The notes: a model not told the origin generated them from the letters alone. A stretch of DNA of 64,000 nt from Dehalococcoidales bacterium (GCA_028707255.1 JAQTUQ010000005.1:5539-69538), one strand, 5' to 3'. Positions 47,608 through 57,163 are shown, counted from the first letter of the stretch. A program made the numbers and translations.

Positions 47608-48582
47608 ATGAAACACCGTATTTTTTCCGGGGCACGCCCCACAGGACGTTTACATATAGGTAACTATCTCGGCGCATTGCAGAACTGGGTTAAGTTGCAG
47701 GATGAATATGACTGCGTATATTGTATAGTCGACATTCATGCCCTTACCTCGATGGAAGATACCTCGAACCTGCAGGCGAACATACATGAGATGCTTTTAG
47801 ACTGGTTAGCTGTTGGTTTAGACCCCCAAAAAAGCATACTGTTTGTGCAATCGCATGTTCCCGAGGTGACTGAGCTGAATACACTGCTGGGGATGATAAC
47901 ACCTTTAAGCTGGCTTTTAAGAGTCCCCACATTCAAGGATAAGGTTAAGCTCCAGAAAGAGAACGTAAACTACGGACTGGTGGGATACCCTGTGCTGATG
48001 GCATCCGATATCGTTTTATACAAAGCGGATACGGTGCCTGTGGGTGAAGACCAGTTGCCTCATCTTGAGCTTACCAGAGAAATCGTACGCCGTTTCAACT
48101 GCCTTTTCGGAGAAACGCTGGTCGAACCGAAAGCCAAATTGACGGATTTCCCGAATGTTCCCGGCCTCGACGGCAAGGGAAAAATGAGCAAGCAAGCCGG
48201 CAACCACATCGAAATCGCTATGACGGAAAAAGAAACCGCCGATAAGATAAAAACTGCTTTTACCGACCCCGCCCGCCTGCGCCGCTCCGACCCGGGGCAT
48301 CCGGAAATATGCAATATCTATAAGCTGCTGGGGCAGTTCGATGCCGAAGGCAGAAATGGCATCGACGAAAAATGCCGCAATGCCGAAATCGGCTGTGTAG
48401 AATGCAAGAACCTGCTGATAAAAGCCATAAACGATGCTATGAGACCCATCCGCGAACGCCGCAAGGAACTTGAAGCCAACCCGAAAGCGCTGGAAGGCAT
48501 ACTTACGGAAGGCGCCGAACGCGCCCGGGTGATTGCACAGGATACGATGAGATTGGTTCGAAAAAACATGAAGCTGTTGTAA
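47608..48582 (+). CDS. trpS: Tryptophan--tRNA ligase
   Basis: HIGN (HIGH) and KMSKQ (KMSKS) motifs. 324 aa. Confidence 0.95.
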   Translation: MKHRIFSGARPTGRLHIGNYLGALQNWVKLQDEYDCVYCIVDIHALTSMEDTSNLQANIHEMLLDWLAVGLDPQKSILFVQSHVPEVTELNTLLGMITPLSWLLRVPTFKDKVKLQKENVNYGLVGYPVLMASDIVLYKADTVPVGEDQLPHLELTREIVRRFNCLFGETLVEPKAKLTDFPNVPGLDGKGKMSKQAGNHIEIAMTEKETADKIKTAFTDPARLRRSDPGHPEICNIYKLLGQFDAEGRNGIDEKCRNAEIGCVECKNLLIKAINDAMRPIRERRKELEANPKALEGILTEGAERARVIAQDTMRLVRKNMKLL

Positions 48583-48624
48583 AAAACCAGCTTCTTCGTT
48601 TGTTATGAATTCAATTTTAGTATT

Positions 48625-49059
48625 TCCGCTTTTAAATCCTTCGACAAGCTCGGGACGAGCGGAAATATATTTTCATACTGCAAGCTCGACATATCGGGAA
48701 AAGACTACTAAAGCCGTTTGTGGAGCCTGTCCTGAGGTTCTCGAAGGAAGCCTGTCGAACCATAACAGCGACGAATGACATTCTCCCCAACGTAACAGCG
48801 GAGAATTAAACCCTAAATGAGATAAATCCCCACCCAAGATGCTTCGTCCCGATATATCGGGACTCCAGCATAACAATTCTCTATATGTCATTCTGGAGGA
48901 CACCGCAGGTGGACGAAGAATCCGGAGGGAGGGGCTAATCCGTTTTATTTCGATACACAATGGCGGACGACCAATGGTCGTCCCTACGGAGATTAACTTG
49001 CTATGACCGGTTTATAACCGAGTATATGCAAATCCCCTTCTCAAAAAGAAAAGGGGATT
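48625..49059. repeat. Repeat hotspot: at least seven hairpin modules of families C, C'', A (permuted pair), F and E back-to-back
   Basis: Modules at 48625-48663, 48713-48772, 48773-48807, 48824-48875, 48886-48934, 48962-48987 and 49030-49059. Each matches copies elsewhere in the window. Confidence 0.85.
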
Positions 49060-49171
49060 ACAAAGGTGTATGCGATACAATTGATGTTGTTGTAAAAGAA
49101 CGGGTGAATTTACACTCATCCGTCATTTCCGATTCATCGGAACTGCCACCTTCCCTCAAGGGAAGGCTGTT

Positions 49172-50356
49172 TTACGCCTTGTGTCTATCCAAAAAGCGCT
49201 TCATTCTCTCGAGAGCTTCCTTGATTTCCTTGAGTGAAGTGGCATAGCAGCAACGGATATATCCCTCACCGCATTTACCGAATGCCGTACCCGGAACAAC
49301 TGCCACTTTTTCTTCAACCAGTAGTTTTTCAGCAAATTCCTCGGAGCTCATACCGCTGCTCTTGATACTGGGAAAGGCGTAGAATGCCCCCTTCGGCTCG
49401 AAGCAGGAGAGTCCTATTTCACGCAGGCCGTTTACCATTACCAGCCGGCGGCGGTTATAATCCTCGACCATCTCCATAACATCGTCCTGCCCGGATTTCA
49501 ACGCTTCGATAGCCGCCACCTGCGCCATCGTCGGCGCGCACATAATAGTGTATTGATGTATCTTCGTCATAGCGGCAATGATATCCTTGCTGGCGGCGGC
49601 ATAACCGACGCGCCATCCGGTCATGGCATACGATTTAGAAAAACCGCTCAAGAGTATCGTGTTGTACTGCATATCAGGCAAAGTTGCCATGCAGGTATGC
49701 CCCATTCCGTAAACCAGGTGCGAATAGATTTCGTCCACTATCATCAGGACATTATGCTTACGCGCAACCTCGGCTATCTTCACCAGCTTTTCGCGCGGCA
49801 TAACGGCGCCGGTCGGGTTGGAAGGATATCCAAGCAGAATGGCTTTGGTCTTTTTTGTAATCCGGGTTTCGACCTCCGCCGCATCAAGCTCGAATGACTT
49901 TTCCTCGACGGTGGGAACTCTTACCGGAATACCGCCCGATAGAATGACGGAGGCATCGTAGGCCACATAAGCCGGGTCGGTCATAATAACCTCATCGCCG
50001 GGATTGATTACCGCCCGCATCGTCAGGTCGAGCGCCTCGCTGACACCGACGGTAATCAGCAGTTCGCTCTGCCAATCGTATTCCAGTTTATACCTGTTTT
50101 TAAGCTCTTCAGCCAGTCTCTGCCGCAGTTCGGGAATACCGGAGTTGGAGGTGTACATAGTATAGCCTTTTTCCATTGAATATATGGCAGCTTCGCGGAT
50201 GTGCCAGGGGGTGCTGTAATCCGGTTCACCGACACCAAGCGATATGACACCATCGATAGAACCGAGCAGGTCGAAAAACTTGCGTATTCCCGAAGGGGCA
50301 ATCGCATTCGTCCTGTTTGATATCAGTCTGTTGTTTTTATCCTCATCATTATTCAT
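49172..50356 (-). CDS. Class I/II PLP-dependent aminotransferase
   Basis: SGFSKSYAMTGWRVGY PLP-lysine motif. 394 aa. Confidence 0.9.
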   Translation of the reverse strand: MNNDEDKNNRLISNRTNAIAPSGIRKFFDLLGSIDGVISLGVGEPDYSTPWHIREAAIYSMEKGYTMYTSNSGIPELRQRLAEELKNRYKLEYDWQSELLITVGVSEALDLTMRAVINPGDEVIMTDPAYVAYDASVILSGGIPVRVPTVEEKSFELDAAEVETRITKKTKAILLGYPSNPTGAVMPREKLVKIAEVARKHNVLMIVDEIYSHLVYGMGHTCMATLPDMQYNTILLSGFSKSYAMTGWRVGYAAASKDIIAAMTKIHQYTIMCAPTMAQVAAIEALKSGQDDVMEMVEDYNRRRLVMVNGLREIGLSCFEPKGAFYAFPSIKSSGMSSEEFAEKLLVEEKVAVVPGTAFGKCGEGYIRCCYATSLKEIKEALERMKRFLDRHKA

Positions 50357-50410
50357 AATAGACCCGCCAAAAATATATTTTAATCAGCGAATTAGATTAA
50401 TTCCCGTCGA

Positions 50411-50893
50411 TTACAGGATAACGGGTTGCCGCTTTACCTCTTCCGGACCGTTCATGATGACGCCGTCTTCCTTGTACCTCTTCATTATAAAATGCGTGGC
50501 GGCGGCGCGCACGCCTTCGATTGGCGATAGCTTTTGACCGACGAAATCGGCAATTTCATGCATCGATTTACCCATAACGAGCACCGCCAGGTCGTATGCC
50601 CCCGACATCAGGTAAACGCTGCGCGCCTGCGGAAAACGGTATATCTTTTCGGCAATGGCATCGTATCCGGTATCTCTCTGCGGGGAGACCTGAACCTCGA
50701 TTAAAGCCCAGACATGCTCATCGTTAACCTTGTCCCAGTTGATAAGCGTCTTGTATTTGAGGATTTTCCCGTCATCTTCAGCTTTCTTGATAATCGACGA
50801 AACCTCATCTTCAGAAATTCCCAGCATGGTAGCTATCTGTTCGGGAGCGATTCGGGAATCTTCTTCCAGTATCTTTAAAATCTTTTTCAGCAT
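50411..50893 (-). CDS. Lrp/AsnC-family transcriptional regulator
   Basis: ATG 50893 with AAGGAG SD. HTH (IAPEQIATMLGISEDEV) plus a RAM-like domain. Directly upstream of the aminotransferase. Confidence 0.85.
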   Translation of the reverse strand: MLKKILKILEEDSRIAPEQIATMLGISEDEVSSIIKKAEDDGKILKYKTLINWDKVNDEHVWALIEVQVSPQRDTGYDAIAEKIYRFPQARSVYLMSGAYDLAVLVMGKSMHEIADFVGQKLSPIEGVRAAATHFIMKRYKEDGVIMNGPEEVKRQPVIL

Positions 50894-51121
50894 ATCATTA
50901 CTCCTTGGGTAGATAGTAATATTGAGCATTATTATAGCAGAGTTTAAGGAATTTGTTATATATAAAAAACTAATTATTCCTCCATGCAATTATGGTAATC
51001 GTATTATCGACACGAAATATAAATTCGTCCCCTTACTGACAGCATAGCATTAAGTTCTATTAGCGTATCTATGGTATAATTTTACTAATAATTTTCATTT
51101 TATTGGAGACGGCGGATTTTT

Positions 51122-51712
51122 ATGGCTGAATTCTGGCAAAACTTTATTTTGACTTTTGTTCCCCTGTTCATCGTTATCGACGCGCTGGGAACGCTGCCGG
51201 TAGTTATTACGCTCGGCGAAGGTTTGACTTTAAAAGAACGCCGCAAGATGATAAACGTGGCGACCATAACCGCTATAGTCGTCGGGCTGGCATTCCTGTT
51301 CTTAGGACAGTTCATTCTCAACGTAATGGGGATATCCGTGGGAGCTTTCGCCATTGCCGGCGGATTAATCCTGCTCGTACTTTCGATTAAATTGATAATT
51401 ACCGGGCGCATGGTGGATGTCGACAAGGATGAAATGGTAGCCGTAGTCCCCATCGGCACTCCTTTAACAGCCGGCCCGGCTACAATTACGACGCTGCTGC
51501 TTTTGGCAATGCAGTATCCGTTGTATATCGTGCTGATATCTTTTGCCGTAAATATGTTGATTGCATGGGTTATTTTCCTTCTGGGTAACAGGTTAAGCCA
51601 CTTCCTCGGCAAGGGCGGACTCGGCGCCATATCTAAGGTATTCAGCTTGCTGCTGGCGGCAATTGCCGTCAGCATGATAATAAACGGCTTGAAAATGCTG
51701 GAACTGGTATAA
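51122..51712 (+). CDS. MarC-family (UPF0056) membrane protein
   Basis: FVPLFIVIDALGTLPV N-terminus and PIGTPLTAGPATIT motif. An extended -10 (TGGTATAAT at 51072-51080) lies upstream. Confidence 0.88.
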   Translation: MAEFWQNFILTFVPLFIVIDALGTLPVVITLGEGLTLKERRKMINVATITAIVVGLAFLFLGQFILNVMGISVGAFAIAGGLILLVLSIKLIITGRMVDVDKDEMVAVVPIGTPLTAGPATITTLLLLAMQYPLYIVLISFAVNMLIAWVIFLLGNRLSHFLGKGGLGAISKVFSLLLAAIAVSMIINGLKMLELV

Positions 51713-51786
51713 TCCGGGTTAATAAGTTTTCCCCTTTTCAGTATTGACTCCTGATATTTCAGCTATTAAACTGATAAGGTCGGAAA

Positions 51787-52392
51787 ATGAAAATAATAGG
51801 ATTAACAGGCGGTATCGGGAGCGGCAAGAGCACAGTGGCTGGATTTTTAGCAGAACTGGGCGCTGTAGTTCTGGATGCCGATAAAATCGGGCACGAAATA
51901 TTCGCAACCGATGCCGAAGTGCGGCAGGAAATAGTCGATAACTTCGGCAAGCAGGTATTAGACCAGAAGGGACAAATCAACCGTAAGAAACTGGCCGATG
52001 TCGTTTTTAAAGACCGCGAATCATTGATAAAGCTCAACCTGATAACCCACCCGCCCATTTACCGCCGTTTACAGAGCATTCTGGAAGCTTATCAACGACA
52101 GGGAATCGAAGTGGTGGTAATCGACGCTCCGCTGCTTATCGAGGCGGGCTGGTCAACCAGAGTTGACGAAACATGGGTAACCATCGCTCCGAAGGAAGTC
52201 ATTGTAGAGCGGCTCGAAAAAAGGGGCTTGAAGAGAGAGGACGTCCTGTCACGCATAAATATGCAAATATCGCCTGAGGATAGAATGAAAGCGGCAAAAA
52301 TAGTTATCAATACGAATGTGCCGCTTGAAGACTTAAAACAGGCGATAGACGATTTGTGGCACAAAACTACAGTTGACACCAATCGTCGCTAG
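51787..52392 (+). CDS. coaE: Dephospho-CoA kinase
   Basis: GLTGGIGSGKST P-loop. Confidence 0.93.
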   Translation: MKIIGLTGGIGSGKSTVAGFLAELGAVVLDADKIGHEIFATDAEVRQEIVDNFGKQVLDQKGQINRKKLADVVFKDRESLIKLNLITHPPIYRRLQSILEAYQRQGIEVVVIDAPLLIEAGWSTRVDETWVTIAPKEVIVERLEKRGLKREDVLSRINMQISPEDRMKAAKIVINTNVPLEDLKQAIDDLWHKTTVDTNRR

Positions 52393-52432
52393 CTGATAGA
52401 ATAAAGTGTTTTATTAATGGAGGTTTACTGAG

Positions 52433-52756
52433 ATTTACGCGATAATTGAAACCGGCGGAAAACAGTATAAAGTAGCTCCCGGCCAGAGTATCAAGGTAGA
52501 GCGTCTGGCTGCTGCCGAAGGCGATACTGTCGAGCTGGATAAGGTGTTACTGATTGCTGATGAAGATCAGCAGATAGTAGGCAAACCCACTATCGAGGGA
52601 GCAAAAGTGGTTGCCACAGTTAAAAGTCAAGGCAAAGATAAAAAAATCATTGTCTTCAATTACAAGAACAAGACGAGAAGCAGCAAGAAGACCGGGCATC
52701 GCCAGATGTACACCGCCCTGTCTATCGATGAAATCGTTCAAGCGGGGGTGTCTTAA
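52433..52756 (+). CDS. rplU: 50S ribosomal protein L21 (apparent ATT start)
   Basis: Translation from 52433 gives (I/M)YAIIETGGKQYKV..., the conserved L21 N-terminus. GGAGG SD 9 nt upstream. No ATG/GTG/TTG in frame between the upstream TAA and this point. Confidence 0.85.
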   Translation: MYAIIETGGKQYKVAPGQSIKVERLAAAEGDTVELDKVLLIADEDQQIVGKPTIEGAKVVATVKSQGKDKKIIVFNYKNKTRSSKKTGHRQMYTALSIDEIVQAGVS

Positions 52757-53011
52757 ATGGCTCATAAGAAGGGTGGCGGTTCCACACATAACGGGCGCGA
52801 CAGCAAACCTAAAATGCTGGGCGTAAAAAGATATGCCGATGAAAAAGTAAATGCAGGAACGATTCTGGTCAGGCAGAAGGGTACGCATATCAAACCGGGG
52901 AATAATGTAGGTGTCGGCAAAGATTATACTCTCTATGCCCTGATTGACGGAGTGGTAAAATACGAACCGGCAACCAATAACAGAAGGAAGGTCAGCGTCT
53001 ACGCTGGTTAA
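52757..53011 (+). CDS. rpmA: 50S ribosomal protein L27
   Basis: [10 protein letters not shown]-terminus. The ATG abuts the rplU stop. Confidence 0.97.
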   Translation: MAHKKGGGSTHNGRDSKPKMLGVKRYADEKVNAGTILVRQKGTHIKPGNNVGVGKDYTLYALIDGVVKYEPATNNRRKVSVYAG

Positions 53012-53016
53012 ATAAT

Positions 53017-53220
53017 ATGAAGGAAAAGATTCATCCCGTTTACCATTCAGATGCCAAGGTGATATGTTCCTGCGGCAACGTTATTACCCTCGGTTCGACC
53101 AGGAAAGAAATGAAGGTCGAGCTTTGCAGCAGTTGCCATCCGTTCTTTACGGGTGAACGCAGAATTATCGATACCGCCGGACGTGTCGAACGCTTCAATC
53201 AGCGTTACAACAGAAAATAA
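53017..53220 (+). CDS. rpmE: 50S ribosomal protein L31 (Zn-binding type A)
   Basis: MKEKIHP..., CSCGN ... [10 protein letters not shown]. Confidence 0.95.
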   Translation: MKEKIHPVYHSDAKVICSCGNVITLGSTRKEMKVELCSSCHPFFTGERRIIDTAGRVERFNQRYNRK

Positions 53221-53250
53221 TCTGCGGCATATTTTAAAAAGACAACGAAA

Positions 53251-53280
53251 AGGGCGGACTTTTCAGTCCGTCCTTTCTTA
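53251..53280. terminator. Hairpin terminator between convergent rpmE and hisI
   Basis: AGGGCGGACT-TTTC-AGTCCGTCCT (10-bp stem with one G-T pair) with an A-rich 5' flank and a T-rich 3' flank. Confidence 0.65.
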
Positions 53281-53363
53281 TTTTACTGGATTCTTATATA
53301 TATAACCTGACCAGGACAACGATCGGAACTTAATAATTCCGGACGGTTAGCCAAAAATAAAAG

Positions 53364-53687
53364 CTAGAAATCGGTTTTAATTTTGGAAAAGAAGCAGGTT
53401 CTCTCGCCGGTGTGACATACCGGACCCAGCGGTTTGGCTTTTACCAAAACGGTGTCGTTATCGCAGTCAAGCCACATTTCCTGTACCAGCAGCTTGTTTC
53501 CCGAAGTGGCGCCCTTGTTCCAGAGCTCCTGTCGGCTGCGGCTGTAAAACCAAACCTCACCTTTGGTACGAGTGAGTTCCAGCGATTCGGGGTTCATATA
53601 ACCGAGCATCAATACATCGCCGGTATCGGCATCCTGTATTACTGCCGGAATCAGCCCCTGCGGATCTAGTTTAAGATTGTCTACCAA
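53364..53687 (-). CDS. hisI: Phosphoribosyl-AMP cyclohydrolase (monofunctional)
   Basis: GLIPAVIQD, YSRSRQELWNKG, DCDNDT, CHTG motifs. TTG start. Confidence 0.93.
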   Translation of the reverse strand: MVDNLKLDPQGLIPAVIQDADTGDVLMLGYMNPESLELTRTKGEVWFYSRSRQELWNKGATSGNKLLVQEMWLDCDNDTVLVKAKPLGPVCHTGERTCFFSKIKTDF

Positions 53688-53796
53688 GATATTGTTTCTC
53701 CTTCTATTTTTAATTTCTGTTATTTACTACTATTGTTATTTATGCCTGCCGCATCTATGTAACAATACATCGGGATTCAGGATAATCATATTATAT

Positions 53797-53910
53797 TGTC
53801 ATGCTGAATTCGTGAGGGACGAATGAAGCATCTGGGATGGGGTGAAAAACGTAATAAATACCCCTCCCACCAGATTCTTCGTCCACCTGGCGGTGTCCTC
53901 CAGAATGACA
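53797..53910. repeat. Family-A paired-hairpin element (H1 + inverted H2)
   Basis: TGTCATGCTGAATTCGTGAGGGACGAATGAAGCATCTGGG ... CCAGATTCTTCGTCCACCTGGCGGTGTCCTCCAGAATGACA. Confidence 0.85.
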
Positions 53911-53946
53911 GCTAAATTGAATTATTAAGATTACAAACCGGAATTG

Positions 53947-54663
53947 CTATTTATCCAGTTCGTCCAGCGCCTGTTTTAAATTGATATCCTTGGTATAAAG
54001 AGCCTTACCGATAATGGCGCCCGCAGCTCCCAATTTTTTCAGCACTTTCAGATGAGTAATCGTAGTGATACCGCCCGAAGCAATGATAGCGGCTTTGGTG
54101 GAATCGATCAGTTCGAACAGGGCGGTGAAATTTGGTTCCGTAAGGGTGCCGTCGCGCCGGATATCGGTAAATACAAAACTTCTCACCCCCAGCTTCATCA
54201 TAGCGCGGGCAAATTCCACAGGTTCGCGGCTGGTGTCCAGTTTCCAGCCCCTGGTTGCCACTTTACCGTCTCTCGCATCGATACCGACAACAATGGACTT
54301 ATTAAAGCAACGGCAGGCTTCTTTTACCATTTGGGGGTCTTCGACAGCCGATGTGCCGAGAATCACACGGTCGACACCGCACTTGAAGAGCTTGCCGATG
54401 GATTCCATGTCGCGGATGCCGCCGCCTACCTCGATGGGTATCAATACCGAGTTGGCAATCTCCGAAATCATATCGAGGTTTTTCAATTCACCGGCAGCCG
54501 CGCCGTCGAGGTCGACGATATGCAGGCGCATCGCTCCCAGCGATTGCCAGTTCATTGCCATACCTACCGGGTCATCGGAAAAAACCGTCTCCATGCCGTA
54601 GTCGCCCTGGTAAAGGCGCACGCACTTTCCGCCGCGAATATCTATTGCCGGAATGATTTCCAT
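53947..54663 (-). CDS. hisA: ProFAR isomerase HisA
   Basis: MEIIPAIDIRGGKCVRL N-terminus (ATG 54663, GAGG SD). The ORF is open to TTG 54672. Confidence 0.93.
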   Translation of the reverse strand: MEIIPAIDIRGGKCVRLYQGDYGMETVFSDDPVGMAMNWQSLGAMRLHIVDLDGAAAGELKNLDMISEIANSVLIPIEVGGGIRDMESIGKLFKCGVDRVILGTSAVEDPQMVKEACRCFNKSIVVGIDARDGKVATRGWKLDTSREPVEFARAMMKLGVRSFVFTDIRRDGTLTEPNFTALFELIDSTKAAIIASGGITTITHLKVLKKLGAAGAIIGKALYTKDINLKQALDELDK

Positions 54664-54796
54664 TTCACGCAACCTCGACTTTTTATCGAATACCTGAACA
54701 AGAATTATATCATAATATACGTATTTAACGATAATAATTCAGGGAAAACTGATTAATAATCATGATTGCCATAGACATTTATACGACGCAACTATG

Positions 54797-54955
54797 GAGA
54801 TCCCGACCTGTCGGGACTCACCATGAGCGGATTGTGTCTTGTCGTCATTCTGGAGTCCCGATAAATCGAGACGAAGAATCTGGGGGGGTGGTATTTAATC
54901 TCTTTTTTACCCCGCCCAAGATGCTTCGTCCACCTGCGGTATCCTCCAACATGAC
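54797..54955. repeat. Family-A element (H2 + inverted H1) preceded by a lone TCCCGA-N4-TCGGGA hairpin
   Basis: GTCATTCTGGAGTCCCGATAAATCGAGACGAAGAATCTGGGGGGG ... CCCAAGATGCTTCGTCCACCTGCGGTATCCTCCAACATGAC. Confidence 0.85.
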
Positions 54956-55059
54956 CATGAAACATAATCCGTTCGTACTGAGCCTGTCGAAGTATGTTCT
55001 TATTATTATAGAGCTGTTGCCCTATTTCGAAATGACCGCTTCAGTATGACAGTAAAATA

Positions 55060-55461
55060 TCACTCAATTTTATCGCCGGGGACATCATAACGCGTTACCG
55101 TCAGTTTAATCCCCGAATAGCCGGTGACTATTACCTCTTCGCCGATAGCGATATTTTCTGCAGACTCCGCCCCCCACAACTCCCCGTTTATCTTAACCAG
55201 CCCACTCGGACTCAATCCCTCCACCGCAACTCCCTTTTTCCCGATAATGGCTTCGGGCTCGTTGACAGGTTTCCTCTGGAGCGCGCGGTTGCCGGCTATA
55301 AATAAAAATGAGGACAATGCCAGCCAACCGACCATTATCAGTACCAGAACGATAACCGGGATGTTTATATCAAATCGGGGTAAAACCAGCAGAGCAATAA
55401 CCAGAATGGCTATCTCTTCAAAGACTACGCTCACTATCGCCCATACAAGCCTGAATTTCAT
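55060..55461 (-). CDS. NfeD-family membrane protein (short form, TM plus OB-fold)
   Basis: Three N-terminal TM segments. C-terminal GKKGVAVEGLSPSGLVKINGELWGAES...VIVTG. Confidence 0.85.
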   Translation of the reverse strand: MKFRLVWAIVSVVFEEIAILVIALLVLPRFDINIPVIVLVLIMVGWLALSSFLFIAGNRALQRKPVNEPEAIIGKKGVAVEGLSPSGLVKINGELWGAESAENIAIGEEVIVTGYSGIKLTVTRYDVPGDKIE

Positions 55462-55534
55462 TGCAAGTAATTATAGCACGAAGAAAATATGCCGTTGCGT
55501 TTTTTCCGAAGAGGAAGAATTGGTCATATGAAAT

Positions 55535-55665
55535 TGTCATCCTGTAGGGAGTACATTCGCTTTGCTCAGTATAAATTCCACGACCGAAGGATCTGGGGGG
55601 AGGGGTATTTTTCCCACCCCACCCAAGATGCTTCATCCCGATAAATCGGGATTCCAGCATGACAA
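55535..55665. repeat. Family-A element (H3, with about 25-nt insertion, + inverted H1)
   Basis: TGTCATCCTGTAGGGAG...CGACCGAAGGATCTGGGGGGAGGGG ... CCCAAGATGCTTCATCCCGATAAATCGGGATTCCAGCATGACA. Confidence 0.85.
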
Positions 55666-55858
55666 TCCTATCTTTACCATCCTGAAATCACAAAGAGAGT
55701 GAAAGGGATTTTGGGAAAAGCATCGATAGCAGCCTTATCGACACTGCAAAAATAAGCCTTCTGCAACTATTAATATTGTATTCAATACGGCGTTGGACAT
55801 TTTACTGCTCTTTAGTTAATATAGATATGATAAAGTATATATTTAAAAGAGGGGCTAA

Positions 55859-56098
55859 ATGAAGGTATCGGAATATCTTTTTAATGAGTACAAGGATTTA
55901 ACCACCAAATACGTCTCTGCCAGCCAGAGACTGCGTGAGCTTTTACCCAGATTCACCGCCTTGAATCAGAGCGGAGACGTACCCAATTCCACTTCCAGTA
56001 AAAACCTGATACAGGAACTGGATAAAATCGAGGACGACCTCGAGGATGCAGCTTATAAGGTGCGCTGTATCAAGCATACACTGGTAAGCCTGCTTTAA
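55859..56098 (+). CDS. Hypothetical 79-aa helical protein
   Basis: AGAGGGG SD, ATG, and its own strong terminator. No family recognised. Confidence 0.55.
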   Translation: MKVSEYLFNEYKDLTTKYVSASQRLRELLPRFTALNQSGDVPNSTSSKNLIQELDKIEDDLEDAAYKVRCIKHTLVSLL

Positions 56099-56127
56099 TC
56101 TGCCTTTATTTCTACGACTCCGACAAT

Positions 56128-56162
56128 GATATCCCCTCGATATGAGGGGATATTTGTTTTTA
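56128..56162 (+). terminator. Intrinsic terminator after the 79-aa ORF
   Basis: ATATCCCCTC-GATAT-GAGGGGATAT 10-bp perfect stem followed by TTGTTTTT. Confidence 0.8.
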
Positions 56163-56180
56163 CTTCAATTATTGATTGTT

Positions 56181-56421
56181 TTCCGCTTCTTTACCCTTTG
56201 CCGATATATCGTGACTCATAGTGAGCGGAATTTTTGGTTGTCATGCTGGAGTTCGTGATGAACGAACGAAGCATCCAGTGTGGGGCGGTCAATATTCATA
56301 CTCTCCTCCCTCCAGATTCTTCATCCCGACACATCGGGACTCCAGAATGACAATAGGATGAAAGCCGCTCGTGGAGCCTGTCCTGAGCATGTCTAAGGAA
56401 GCCTGTCGAACCATAGCGGCG
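56181..56421. repeat. Repeat mosaic: family-C-like (56181-56230), family-A (56239-56353), family-C'' (56364-56421)
   Basis: The left arm is identical over 37 nt to the copies at 966 and 57416. C'' matches 48713-48772. Confidence 0.85.
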
Positions 56422-56440
56422 AGGATTAAACAATTAAGGT

Positions 56441-57163
56441 TTATTTTTTGTATTCAGAGACCAGCCCCTCCACCTCATCCCTTCTTAATTCTCTGACCTT
56501 GCCCGCTGCCAGCGAGCCAAGTTGCAAATTACCCATCCTGATGCGTTTTAATGACTTGACGGTATATCCCATCGCCTCGAACATACGCCGCACCTGGTGC
56601 TTCCTGCCCTCGTGAATGGTGATGGTGTAATCCCCACTCTTGAGTCGCGTTATCCTTGCCGGATAGGTCATACCGTCTTCCAGCATAATCCCCTTTTCCA
56701 ACCGGCGGATTTCCGCCATTTTCATCGGGACATCGATGCTGACGGCATACTCTTTCTCATTCTCGAAGCGCGGATGCGTCAGGCGGTTAGCCAGTTCTCC
56801 GTCATTGGTTAATAAAATAAGACCGGTGCTGTCTTTATCCAGCCTGCCGACGGGATACAGACGATACTTGCGGTATTCCTGCGGCAACAGGTCTAACACA
56901 GTGCGGCGTCCGAGTTCATCACTTACCGTGCTGACGATGTCAGATGGCTTGTTCATCATTATGTAAATTAACTTTTGCGATTGCGTGGTTACCTGTCTGC
57001 CATCGATGCTGATTTTATCTTTTTGCATATCGACCGGATGGTTGAAGCCGGTTACCGCCTCGCCGTTTACCATTACCCTGCCCGACTTGATAGCTTCCGA
57101 CATCTTACGCCGCGAGCCGATACCTGCCTGGGTTAATACTTTAAGCAAAGATTGTGTTTCCAT
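56441..57163 (-). CDS. Pseudouridine synthase, RsuA/RluB family
   Basis: S4 domain plus the GRLDKDSTGL catalytic motif. Confidence 0.9.
   Translation of the reverse strand: METQSLLKVLTQAGIGSRRKMSEAIKSGRVMVNGEAVTGFNHPVDMQKDKISIDGRQVTTQSQKLIYIMMNKPSDIVSTVSDELGRRTVLDLLPQEYRKYRLYPVGRLDKDSTGLILLTNDGELANRLTHPRFENEKEYAVSIDVPMKMAEIRRLEKGIMLEDGMTYPARITRLKSGDYTITIHEGRKHQVRRMFEAMGYTVKSLKRIRMGNLQLGSLAAGKVRELRRDEVEGLVSEYKK

Noticed and set aside
48673-48960. 95-aa ORF, and similar ORFs at 799-1229, 10039-10260, 22915-23139, 54762-55049, 55418-55660 and 57152-57370, lying in intergenic spacers
   Set aside because: They read straight through the hairpin repeat modules (peptides such as MLESRFIGMKHLG and RPPAVSS). 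Their apparent conservation comes from DNA-level repeats, and none has an SD.
51100-51675. 191-aa minus-strand ORF overlapping the MarC-family gene
   Set aside because: The plus-strand product matches MarC/UPF0056 hallmarks, while the minus-strand product is Ser/Thr/Pro-rich shadow sequence.
54052-54756. 234-aa and 178-aa plus-strand ORFs opposite hisA
   Set aside because: HisA on the minus strand has all family motifs. The plus-strand translations are featureless and extend into the intergenic region.
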